A stretch of DNA of 32,000 nt from Gemmataceae bacterium. GTDB taxonomy: Bacteria > Planctomycetota > Planctomycetia > Gemmatales > Gemmataceae. The stretch lies in the NCBI GenBank assembly GCA_035553375.1, contig DATNCY010000159.1, forward strand, positions 34,653 through 66,652, given 5' to 3'. Both the position numbers and the translations under genes were made by a program. A model generated the notes under the pieces. That model was not told the origin of the DNA, searched no databases, and was given only the letters and a program-made list of their open reading frames with translations. Each line of letters opens with the position of its first letter. The stretch's first letter is position 1. Positions 1-8,500 of the stretch are shown here, in pieces.

Positions 1-18
1 GTGATCTCTTCGCTTCTT

Positions 19-708
19 TCAGTCTTTGGCATGTTTCCGCAACAGGCGCGCGAGGGAGGATCCTCCCGGCAAGCCTCTCTTGCCGTGGCGGAGGGCTGCG
101 TCCGCGGCCAGCCACGTCTCTCCTGGGGCGTCTTCAATCGGGCCTGAAGTCGCTAGAGGCCATCGGCCGGTTCGCCGGTGGTAGGCGTCGGCCCAGGCCA
201 AGATTCGCTCCACGCTCAGCGCGGGAAGGTTGTGGATGTTGCGCACGCCCCGCCTGGTTTCCAGCAAATCCGCCAGGGAACTTCCCCCTGAGAAGCCACG
301 GAGACCATCCCGTAAGGCGGTCTCGACAGCCAACCACGTCTCGCCCGGCGCGTCGGGAATAGACCCGGCGTGTCGGTTGGGCCACGAGCCGCTGCGCTGA
401 TGATAGGCATCAGCCCAGGACAAGATTTGCGCGACCTCAAAAGCAGGGAGCGCTTTGAAGTTGCGGACGCCGCGATGTTCGGCCAAGAGCCGCGCTAAAG
501 AGGAGCCGGATTGCAGGCCGCGTCTACCGTGGAACAAGGCCGCGCTCACGTTGTACCACGTCTCGTCCAGGGGGCCGTCGATTGGTCCCGAGTTGCGCGT
601 GGGCCATGCACCTGTTCGCCGGTGATACTCGTCGGCCCAAGCCAGGATTTGCGAGATGAACAGGGGAGGACGCGGAAGACGAGAGCTTCTGCGCTTTTTC
701 AGAGACAT
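19..708 (-). CDS. Hypothetical protein made of three ~75-aa tandem repeats
   Basis: ORF 19..726 on the minus strand. The codon at 726 is TTG. An ATG at 708 follows a purine-rich GAGAGAGAA stretch, so 708 is preferred. The translation shows three consecutive copies of one module: I-L-x-W-A-D-x-Y-H-x-R-x-G-x-W-P ... G-E-T-W ... G-S-S-L-A-x-L-L ... R-G-V-R-N. I do not recognise a named family. Confidence 0.7.
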   Translation of the reverse strand: MSLKKRRSSRLPRPPLFISQILAWADEYHRRTGAWPTRNSGPIDGPLDETWYNVSAALFHGRRGLQSGSSLARLLAEHRGVRNFKALPAFEVAQILSWADAYHQRSGSWPNRHAGSIPDAPGETWLAVETALRDGLRGFSGGSSLADLLETRRGVRNIHNLPALSVERILAWADAYHRRTGRWPLATSGPIEDAPGETWLAADAALRHGKRGLPGGSSLARLLRKHAKD

Positions 709-777
709 CGATTCTCTCTCGTGCAATTAGTCTGTCCGGATAGTAGGCTCCGACCAGCAGGCCGGGGCTAGGGAAAA

Positions 778-1731
778 TTATTTATCCTCCGTAGCGTCGA
801 AGGTGATTTCCGCGATGGCACTGGACGGAAACAATTTGTAACCGACCGGCACACGGCCAACGAAACCGAGCAGACGCGCCTGTTTGCCCTCGAAGGGAAT
901 CGTTTCCAGCAATGTCAGCGTCTCATCGCCGCCGTCCTTGAGCGTGACCTGCCAGGCCCCCTCCTCCGCGCCGGCGGTGACGATTTTCTTGATTTTACCC
1001 ACATCCAGTTTCAGCGTCTTCTTGAACATGAGCGTTGGCAGCAATTTCTCGCCGCCGTCGGGCAGTCGATACAGCGGCAGCAAATCGACGACCTTGTGCG
1101 TCGTTTTGCTGCTCTTGCTATCGGCGGAGACGACGAGGACGCGGCGACCGTCCGGCGGCGGCGGAGCCGCCTTCGGCGCGGGGAAGCGCACGCCGCGGAT
1201 GCCGTGCGGATAGCCGCCCAGATACTTGATCTCGGCAATGCCCAACTCGCCCTTGTCCACTTCCGCCTCAATCACCAACTTGTTGATTTGTTTATACTTC
1301 GTGGTGCCAATGAGTTTTTCGCCCGCATCCACCGTGACCGTGTTCTCCTCATTATCGTAATCGAGCGCGCGCAGTCGATCGAGAGGGATGAGCGTCAGAA
1401 CGCCCTCGGCGAACAGGCCATCGCCCGTTTCGGCGCGCAGGCTCAGCGCTTCGGGACCAACCGGAGCGATGACTGTGCGTTTGCCCTTGGGGGCGGGCTT
1501 CTTGTCTTTATCGGCGGCATCCTTCGTTTCGGCGGCCTTGGCGGGAGCGAGCCAGGTCAGGCGGCGAACGCCTCCGGTGAACTTCCATGCTTTGAGTTTT
1601 TGCTCTTTGCCGGCCGCGTCGAGGACGAGGAGTGTGCCCGGTTCGGCCGGCTTCGGCGTCGTGTCGGCGGCCACGGCCCATGCGGTCAGGCTGGTGGCGA
1701 ACAGAACGGAAAGGGTTCGATGAGTGTTCAT
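778..1731 (-). CDS. Secreted hypothetical protein (N-terminal signal peptide)
   Basis: ATG start at 1731. The N-terminus MNTHRTLSVLFATSLTAWAVAADT looks like a Sec signal peptide. It is a 317-aa ORF with protein-like composition, and the ORFs overlapping it on the plus strand are Arg/Ser/Ala-rich junk. Function unknown. Confidence 0.75.
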   Translation of the reverse strand: MNTHRTLSVLFATSLTAWAVAADTTPKPAEPGTLLVLDAAGKEQKLKAWKFTGGVRRLTWLAPAKAAETKDAADKDKKPAPKGKRTVIAPVGPEALSLRAETGDGLFAEGVLTLIPLDRLRALDYDNEENTVTVDAGEKLIGTTKYKQINKLVIEAEVDKGELGIAEIKYLGGYPHGIRGVRFPAPKAAPPPPDGRRVLVVSADSKSSKTTHKVVDLLPLYRLPDGGEKLLPTLMFKKTLKLDVGKIKKIVTAGAEEGAWQVTLKDGGDETLTLLETIPFEGKQARLLGFVGRVPVGYKLFPSSAIAEITFDATEDK

Positions 1732-1837
1732 GGATGGATTCCTGGCGGGTGGATCAAAGACCTCGTCTGTGCATGGTGCGGCTTGTGGACGGGAAGATCA
1801 AGCGGAAAACACCCAATTTCCCCAGGAGAGGAGTTTA

Positions 1838-1922
1838 CCCTTGCTGGCGCTGCGGGCTGGCAAGATGGGATTGCCAGCCCGCAGCGCCAGCAAGGGAATC
1901 CCTTGTTGGCGTTGCGGGCTGG
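1838..1922. repeat. REP-like palindromic element, three-arm locus
   Basis: Arm CCCTTGCTGGCGCTGCGGGCTGG lies at 1838-1860. Its exact complement CCAGCCCGCAGCGCCAGCAAGGG lies at 1874-1896. A third arm CCCTTGTTGGCGTTGCGGGCTGG lies at 1900-1922 with two G-to-A changes that give G.U pairs. The locus starts 18 nt downstream of the stop of the 1941..2732 gene. Confidence 0.9.
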
Positions 1923-1940
1923 CCAAAAGGTTCGTGTTTC

Positions 1941-2732
1941 TCAGCCCCTTGTGACAAGCTGAGAGAAAAATGTAGCGAATCCACTGGCTCCGTGGCTGTG
2001 GGCCTGCTGGCGAGCCTTGTCGATCCACCGGACGGCGGCCGGTGGACTGGCCACCGCTGCCAGCGCCGCCGCGGCGAAGCACACGCTCGGCGGTAAGTCC
2101 GCGAGCCGGCCCAGGACATCAAACAGATTGGCGATCGATCCAGTGCGCTGAAGCCGATCCGCCCGCGTCTCCGGACATGCCGCCTCATGCAATTCGAGGC
2201 GAGTGAAAACGAGCGCCCACAGAACGGGCGCGGCAAGCAACTTCAAATAAGGCGGTCCCCACATTCCGCGGCGTGGAGGGCGTCTACTCTCGGATGCCGA
2301 GGCCAGCAGGCGCAGAAAGTCCGTGGCTTCGTCGGCGGCCAAATCCCAGAACCCGGTGAAACCGGCGGCCGGGATAAAAATGAGACCGAGCAACGCGGCC
2401 AGGTCAAATCCATCTTTCTCCGCGCCCTCGCGAGCTTGTTGGTCTGAAGTTCCTAGAGCGTGCGATAAGCCGCGTTTGTGACACTCCAACCGCTCAAGCC
2501 ACTTTTGCAACATCGCTGCTTGCCAACTGAATCGCGTATGGCCACAATGGGGAGACGTTTTAATCTCCTTTCCTCGTTCACCAGGATCGTCTGGATACCT
2601 GGCTCTTCCGCCCTGGGCGAAGGTTCCGGGTTCCAGGGTCCGCAAACAGGACACCAGACAGCGATGCGCCGCTCGCCGCAGAATGTGGCACTGCTCTGGA
2701 GTGAGCAACGTAAAACGTCTGGCATTTTGCAT
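1941..2732 (-). CDS. Hypothetical membrane protein with a Cys/His-rich N-terminal region, divergent from the ECF sigma gene
   Basis: ORF 1941..2939 on the minus strand. The internal ATG at 2732 (MQNARRF...) is preceded by GAGAGGAAAG and avoids overlap with the sigma gene. The N-terminal ~90 aa hold several Cys/His pairs (EQCHILRRAAHRCLVSC, SPHCGH, LECH). Hydrophobic segments follow (LAALLGLIFIPAAGFTGFW, LLAAPVLWALVFTRL). Codon usage resembles neighbouring genes. No family recognised. Confidence 0.55.
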   Translation of the reverse strand: MQNARRFTLLTPEQCHILRRAAHRCLVSCLRTLEPGTFAQGGRARYPDDPGERGKEIKTSPHCGHTRFSWQAAMLQKWLERLECHKRGLSHALGTSDQQAREGAEKDGFDLAALLGLIFIPAAGFTGFWDLAADEATDFLRLLASASESRRPPRRGMWGPPYLKLLAAPVLWALVFTRLELHEAACPETRADRLQRTGSIANLFDVLGRLADLPPSVCFAAAALAAVASPPAAVRWIDKARQQAHSHGASGFATFFSQLVTRG

Positions 2733-2905
2733 GTTCTTTCCTCTCGGCCCCCGCTGATCGGGAGGCCGCGTCCAAGGATAGGGGGTGGACAAAGCTCCCG
2801 TTCGGTCACAACGACAGGGTTTGGCCCCTCTAAAGAGAGGAGTTGCAAAGAGTTTCTGTGACAAACGCACGGCCGGCCAAGGCCAGGGGAAGAAGCGGAG
2901 GAAGT

Positions 2906-3466
2906 ATGGATCGGGAACAACCGATGGGGGACCAAACACGCCACTTCCTGGAGCAACATTTTCCCGGCGCGTATCTCGACGAGTTGAAGGCGTTAGCTCA
3001 CGCCTTGGCCGGCAGGAAAGCCGGCCAGGTCGATCCTTCCGGGCTGGTTGTGAATGCGATGCTCCGGGCCGCCCGCAAGCATCGCCAGCTCGAAGAACTG
3101 GGCAATCTGAAGGCGTGGTTCAAAACCATCCTGGTCCGCGAAGTGATGGCCAAGCTGAAACTGGAATGCTATCGGCGGACGCAAGAACTGGGCGAGGACC
3201 ATTTACGCCAGCTGCCCCAGATACGCGAGCAAGATAACGCGGTGGAACGCGAAGATGAAAAATCCTGGGCCAAGGCGTATCTGGGACAATTGCTGTCGCG
3301 AATGACCGAACAAGACCAGGAGGTAATCTGTCTGAGCCGGCTCAACGAGTTGCCCGACGCCGACGTGGCGGAGTTGCTTGGCATCAGTACGGAAGCGCTC
3401 CGCCAACGACGCAGCCGAGCTTTGCGACGACTGCAAACACTCGCGGAGCAATTCCCCACCGGCTGA
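2906..3466 (+). CDS. ECF-type sigma-70 family RNA polymerase sigma factor
   Basis: ATG at 2906 is preceded by GCGGAGGAAG, a strong SD. The TTG at 2843 is a less likely start. A region-2-like segment is present (DPSGLVVNAMLRAARKH ... NLKAWFKTILVREV). A region-4 HTH is present (LSRLNELPDADVAELLGISTEALRQRRSRALRRLQ). The 186-aa size is typical of ECF sigmas. Confidence 0.85.
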   Translation: MDREQPMGDQTRHFLEQHFPGAYLDELKALAHALAGRKAGQVDPSGLVVNAMLRAARKHRQLEELGNLKAWFKTILVREVMAKLKLECYRRTQELGEDHLRQLPQIREQDNAVEREDEKSWAKAYLGQLLSRMTEQDQEVICLSRLNELPDADVAELLGISTEALRQRRSRALRRLQTLAEQFPTG

Positions 3467-3540
3467 GTAAACGCGCCTCCGGCCTTGCCCGGCGATGCTG
3501 GCAAAGCTGCTCTCCTTAGAGGCACTAACACCATGAATTG

Positions 3541-3589
3541 CCAGCCCGCAGCGCCAACGAGAGAATCCCTTGCTGGCGCGGCGGGCTGG
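3541..3589. repeat. REP-like palindromic element (degenerate copy)
   Basis: CCAGCCCGCAGCGCCAACGAGAG (3541-3563), loop AAT, CCCTTGCTGGCGCGGCGGGCTGG (3567-3589). It lies between the sigma stop and the kinase start. Confidence 0.85.
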
Positions 3590-3634
3590 CCAAAATGTTC
3601 GTGCCCCTTAATCCTCAGCGGAGATTTACCGGCC

Positions 3635-5410
3635 ATGAATGATCCGACGAAGCGCGATCCGGAACCGCCCACGGTCCCTCATCCGCCGCCACTACCGAAT
3701 TCACCTGCAATCGAACCGCCCACGGCTCCGCGTCGATCCAGCGAGGCCGAGGCCAACGGAGTTATGCCCTCGTCGGGCGAGCTTGCCAAGGATCTCGTCC
3801 GTCAGATCGCGAACTCGGAGTCGCTCGCCGGGCGAATGGCGGAGGACGAAGAGGACCAGATTCTTCTCGATTGGCTCAAGCTGCGACCGGGAGGGATACT
3901 GGGGAAGGATGATCGCTGTTTCGAGATCGGCAAACAGATTGGCCGGGGTGGGATGGCCGTCGTCTACGAAGCACGCTGGCAGGGTACCGATCGACGCGCC
4001 GCCATCAAAGTTGTTTTCCGCGTCAAAGTGCGCGAAGCGGGATTGATCCAACTTCTGGAAGAAGTGGCGACCATCGAGAATCTCGATTCCGAGTATGTTC
4101 CACGTATCCACGCCCACGGTCTGGAACCGGACTTCGCCTGGTTCGCCATGGACTATCTCGAAGGCGGCACCCTGCACCAAAAAATTCAAAATGACGCACC
4201 GCTGTCGTGGGAACAAACCAAAACGATTTGCAAAGACATCCTCAAGGGATTGCGTGATCCCCACGCCAAGGGGTTGGTTCACGACGACCTCAAACCGGGC
4301 AATATCATGGCCATCAAGGATGGCAGCAAGTGGAAGGTTCTGGATTGGGGCTTGTCTCGGGCTGTTTGTCCCTGGAGCGGTTCGGCCGTCACCGATGGTC
4401 TCTCTGGAACCTTGCCCTATCTCGCCCCGGAATGCTGGAAGAATCGATCCGAGCATAGCGCGCAGTCCGATTTCTACGCGGTCGGAGTCATGATGGTCGA
4501 AATGCTCACCCGCAAGAACCCATTCGCGGGCCTTTCCATCGGGCAATTAGCGGCCGCTCATCAGAGCGCGAAGTTGGCCGAGGTTCCGGGACTACCGGAT
4601 GAAGCACGTCGAATCGTGGCCAGGGCGACGGCCAAGGAACCAGGCGAGCGCTATCGCAACGCGAACGAATTTCTGGACGATCTCGATGCCAAGGAAGATG
4701 GACCTCGCCGCAAGCCTCGAAGGTGGCCGTGGCTGGCACTCGCCGGGGTCGTAGCGCTGGCCCTGGCCCTGTGGTTCAGCTTCTTTCGTTCAACGCCCCC
4801 GCCTCAATTTCAGGGCGCATTTACCTTGTGGTTGGCCGGGAGAAACGAACAACCATTCCCCAAGGCCCGCGCGGTCGGCGGCCCGAATACCCTGCCCCTC
4901 CAGGCGGGCGACCGTATCGTCTTGCAAGCCAAGCTACGGCAAGGACCGGCGGCGTACTTCTACGTGATCTGGATCGATAGCGAAGGGAAAGCCAAACGGC
5001 TCCATCCTTCCGGATGGAGCGCGGATGCGCTGCCTTCGGTTGATGCGAAACAACAGGACATGCGTTGGCCAACGGAGGGCGGTTCGGCGGCGTTGGCCAA
5101 ATCGACCGATGGATTCGAGTCGGTCTTGTGGTTGGTGCGTGAAAAGCCATTGAGCAAGGTGGAGAATACGCGGATACAAAACTTGCTCGGCGACCTATCG
5201 TGGCGACAACCGCCGGAGTGGAAGGGTAAGGAAATCGCCGTCTGGTGGGAGAATGGGTTACGCACGGAGGACCGCGGCGCTCCCGATCCGAAAACGATCC
5301 GCATCGCCGATGACCCCATCACGCAGACGGAAAAACTCTTGCGCACCCTGAAGGAACGCGGCCTGGTTCAACATTCGTATGCCGTGTGTTACTCGTTTGT
5401 CGGCCAATAG
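3635..5410 (+). CDS. Transmembrane Ser/Thr protein kinase with C-terminal DUF4384-like extracytoplasmic domain
   Basis: The ORF opens with TTG at 3485, but its first 50 codons run through the REP element, so the ATG at 3635 (MNDPTKRD) is preferred. Hanks kinase motifs are present: IGRGGMAVVY, AAIKVV, VHDDLKPGNI, VLDWGLS, GTLPYLAPE. A TM helix follows (WPWLALAGVVALALALWFSFF). The ectodomain contains GDRIVLQAKL...AYFYVIWIDSEGKAKRLHP, which resembles DUF4384. Confidence 0.9.
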   Translation: MNDPTKRDPEPPTVPHPPPLPNSPAIEPPTAPRRSSEAEANGVMPSSGELAKDLVRQIANSESLAGRMAEDEEDQILLDWLKLRPGGILGKDDRCFEIGKQIGRGGMAVVYEARWQGTDRRAAIKVVFRVKVREAGLIQLLEEVATIENLDSEYVPRIHAHGLEPDFAWFAMDYLEGGTLHQKIQNDAPLSWEQTKTICKDILKGLRDPHAKGLVHDDLKPGNIMAIKDGSKWKVLDWGLSRAVCPWSGSAVTDGLSGTLPYLAPECWKNRSEHSAQSDFYAVGVMMVEMLTRKNPFAGLSIGQLAAAHQSAKLAEVPGLPDEARRIVARATAKEPGERYRNANEFLDDLDAKEDGPRRKPRRWPWLALAGVVALALALWFSFFRSTPPPQFQGAFTLWLAGRNEQPFPKARAVGGPNTLPLQAGDRIVLQAKLRQGPAAYFYVIWIDSEGKAKRLHPSGWSADALPSVDAKQQDMRWPTEGGSAALAKSTDGFESVLWLVREKPLSKVENTRIQNLLGDLSWRQPPEWKGKEIAVWWENGLRTEDRGAPDPKTIRIADDPITQTEKLLRTLKERGLVQHSYAVCYSFVGQ

Positions 5411-5446
5411 TCCTACATCGCGTCGTAAGAGACACTAATTTTTTGA

Positions 5447-5497
5447 CCTGCTCGCAGCGCCAGCAAGGGAGTGTCCCTTGCTGGTGCTGCGGGCAGG
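5447..5497. repeat. REP-like palindromic element
   Basis: CCTGCTCGCAGCGCCAGCAAGGG (5447-5469), loop AGTGT, CCCTTGCTGGTGCTGCGGGCAGG (5475-5497). The A-to-T change at arm position 3 is mirrored on the partner arm. It begins 37 nt after the kinase stop. Confidence 0.9.
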
Positions 5498-5533
5498 CAA
5501 TTCATGGTGTTCGTGCCTCGAAGGAAACAGCCC

Positions 5534-8500
5534 ATGAAACGGCATGTCGTGTTGATCGCTTTGATCCTGGTTCTCGCGCGAACGGCGATCACGCCGGCCC
5601 AGCAGGAAATTAAAGACTTCTTTCAAGGGTTAGAGGACAAGGCTGACAGGATACGCAAGTGGGAGAGGGAGGAGCAACAGAAGATCGCCCAGGAAATGCG
5701 CGCGGAGAGCGAACGTCTGCGTCCTTTCTGGCTCATGCTGGAAGCCGAGCAACTGCAAGGAGAGAACCAGTTCCTGCCCGCGATCGAGCGGACGAAAGAG
5801 GCGGCTCGCAAGTACGAAGGCAAACGGGCCGAACAACTCACCTTCGCCGGAGCCGCTGCCTACCGCGAGATTTTGCTGCAACTCGGCCGGTTGTACGCCC
5901 TCATCGGAGAACAGGAGCAAGCACGCCAGGCGGCCTTGCAAGCCTGGAAAATCCACGAAGTGGTGATGGCTTCTTCGCGGCGTGGCCGCCGCGCGGATCA
6001 GCAAGACCGGATGCGAACCGCCCTTGCCGTGGCCCTGGTATTGGTTGCCGCCGACCAGCCCGACGAGGCCGCCGTGTTCGTCCATCGGGCTTTCGATGTG
6101 GGGCGACAAATGCCCGAACCGTTCAATCGGCCCGAACAAAATCCCTTCCTGGTGGAAGCGCTCCTTCTGAAAAGCATGTTGGCCAACAACGCCGGCAACT
6201 ATCCCGCGGCGCTGGTCGCCGGCAAGGAATTGGAGAGGTTGCTCCGCAGACAATATCCGTGCACAACGCATCCCGACGGCGATCCGAAATTGGCGGCGGG
6301 CCTGGCGAATCTGGCGTCGGCCCATGTTGCTTTGGGAGAATTTTTACCGGCCTTGTCCCTGTTAGACGAAGCCGACCGCATTCTCGGCCAACATGATCCC
6401 AAGGGCAAGCCGATTCGAGCCGAAGTGAAACGCATTCTGGGACATTTGTACTTACATCGGGGCGAAGACAAGCAAGCCCAGGACAATATCACGAAAGCGC
6501 GGTTGATGTATGAGGAGCTTTTTCCGGAAAAGTCTTATCCGCGCAGCCACCCTGCGCTGATTCAAGCACTCGCATCCCTGGCGGACTTGCTGAATCACTA
6601 CCATCATCGGGAAACTCTCGACTACGCGAAACTCGCCTGGCAACATTGCCAACGGCGTTATGCCCAACAATCGCACTCTCAAAAGGTCTCCGTTCTGCTC
6701 ACCTACGGCCGCTGCCTGCGCGATGCCGGCCAGCTGGAATCCGCCCGCCGGCGGTTCGCCGAAGCGGTGGACATGGCCAGCGTGCTTGGTGCCGCCAAAC
6801 CCACGGCCGGCGGCGATTCGCTGACAGCCTTGTGTCAGCTTCATCTTGGTAGTTTGCTGGGGCGTCAGGGGCGCTACGACGAGGCTCGCAAACTCTTTCA
6901 AAGCGCTCAGGCGACGTATCAAAAGTTTTTCCCCGATGGACATCCGCATTTGTTCGCGATCGCGGGGTATCAGGGGGTTCTTGCATCACGCCAAGGAGAT
7001 CGAGCGGGAGCGCGCGCGGCTTTCGCCCGCGCGCTCCAGTTGGATCAGAAACAACTCCGGCATTTCGCGCGCACCGTCGCCGAAGTGGAGGTGTTGAGTT
7101 TCACGCAGCCTCGACAACTTGTTTTGCACGGCTATCTGTCCGCCAGTCGCGGCGAGCCGGAACTTGACGAGCAGGCGTTTCGCTGGGTTTGGGCATCCAA
7201 GAACGCCGTGACACGGCTGGCGCAAGCCCGTCGGGCCGCCGTCCGTCTCGCCGGCGATAGGGGAAACCCCGAGGCCAAACGAATCCTGGCGGAGTTGGTC
7301 GATACATGTGCCCGTTTGCGTCAGGGACAAACCACGGTCCACGCCGGCACTTCGCTCCCGACTCTTGTGAAGGAGATGAATCGGCTAGAGTTGGAATTAA
7401 GTCAATTCTGGCCGGAGGCCGAACGGCTCCTCCATGAAGCGGAAAACGATCCCGGCGATCTGGCGGCGCATCTGCCTTCGGGTTCGGCATTCATCGATTT
7501 TGTCCGCTATACCGACCTCGCCGAAGGCCAAGCGTTTCAGCCGCGCTATGTGGCGTTCGTCGCGCTGCCCGGACGGAAGCCGCGCCGAATCGAATTGGAG
7601 TTAGCGCAGCCTATCGACGAGACGGTCAACGCCTGGCGCAAGTCCGTGGATGGGTGGAATCCCCGGATGCCCGACGCGGCGCGGCGGGACTACGAGCAGG
7701 AAAGCGAGACGCTGGCCGCGAAGTTGAGGCGGATTGTTTGGGAACGGATCGCCCCGGTGTTGCCGGCCGAAACGCGATTGCTTATTCTGGCGCCCGACGG
7801 CGATTTGGCCCGCTTCCCTTTCGCCGCGCTGCCGGGAGATCAGGCCCGGACGATTCTGCTTCAAAAATTCTCGATCGCCTACGTTCCGCACGGCCAATTC
7901 TTGTTGGCGCATCTGCATCAGGATAAAGCCCGCCCTCGCCAGTCCGATAGTTTCTTGGCCGTGGGAGGAGTGGCTTATGGCACACCGGGAGCCTTGCCGG
8001 ATCGCGCCTTCAAGGATCTCCCCGGTTCCTTGGGCGTGATCGAACTGGCCAAGCGGTGGCCCACGACGCAAACGACGCATATCCTGCGAGACCGGGAAGC
8101 TACGGTGAATAGGCTTCTTGGCAAGCTGCCGGAAGTCTCGGAAGCCCACCTCTCGACCCACGGTTTTTTTGACGAAAAAGCACTGAACGAGGAACGTGAA
8201 CAACAGACACGGATGATCCGCGATTGGACGCCGCGTTTGGAAACTCCGGTGGGATACATCGGTCTGGGGCACCGATTCCCGCTCAGCTTCGTCGGGCTTG
8301 TCCTCGCCGGAGCGAATGAGCCTAACACGGCCGACGGCGGCATCTTGACCGGAGAAACGCTTTCCCATCTCTCCTTGCCCCGATCTCGGTTGATAGTCCT
8401 TGACGCCTGCGAAACGGGACTGGGCAAATATACCGCCGGAGAAGGGGTGCAAGGACTGCAACGCGCCGTCCATCTGGTGGGTTGTCCGAACGTCATCGCT

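Noticed and set aside
2733-2939. Upstream extension of minus-strand ORF 1941..2939
   Set aside because: It would overlap the sigma-factor start and its SD. The internal ATG at 2732 has its own SD-like GAGAGGAAAG.
3485-3634. N-terminal extension of the kinase ORF, and the equivalent 5471..5533 extension of the CHAT ORF
   Set aside because: Both extensions start at non-ATG codons and translate the REP palindrome (NCQPAAPTRESLAGAAGW; SLAGAAGRQ). Downstream ATGs with better context give sensible N-termini.
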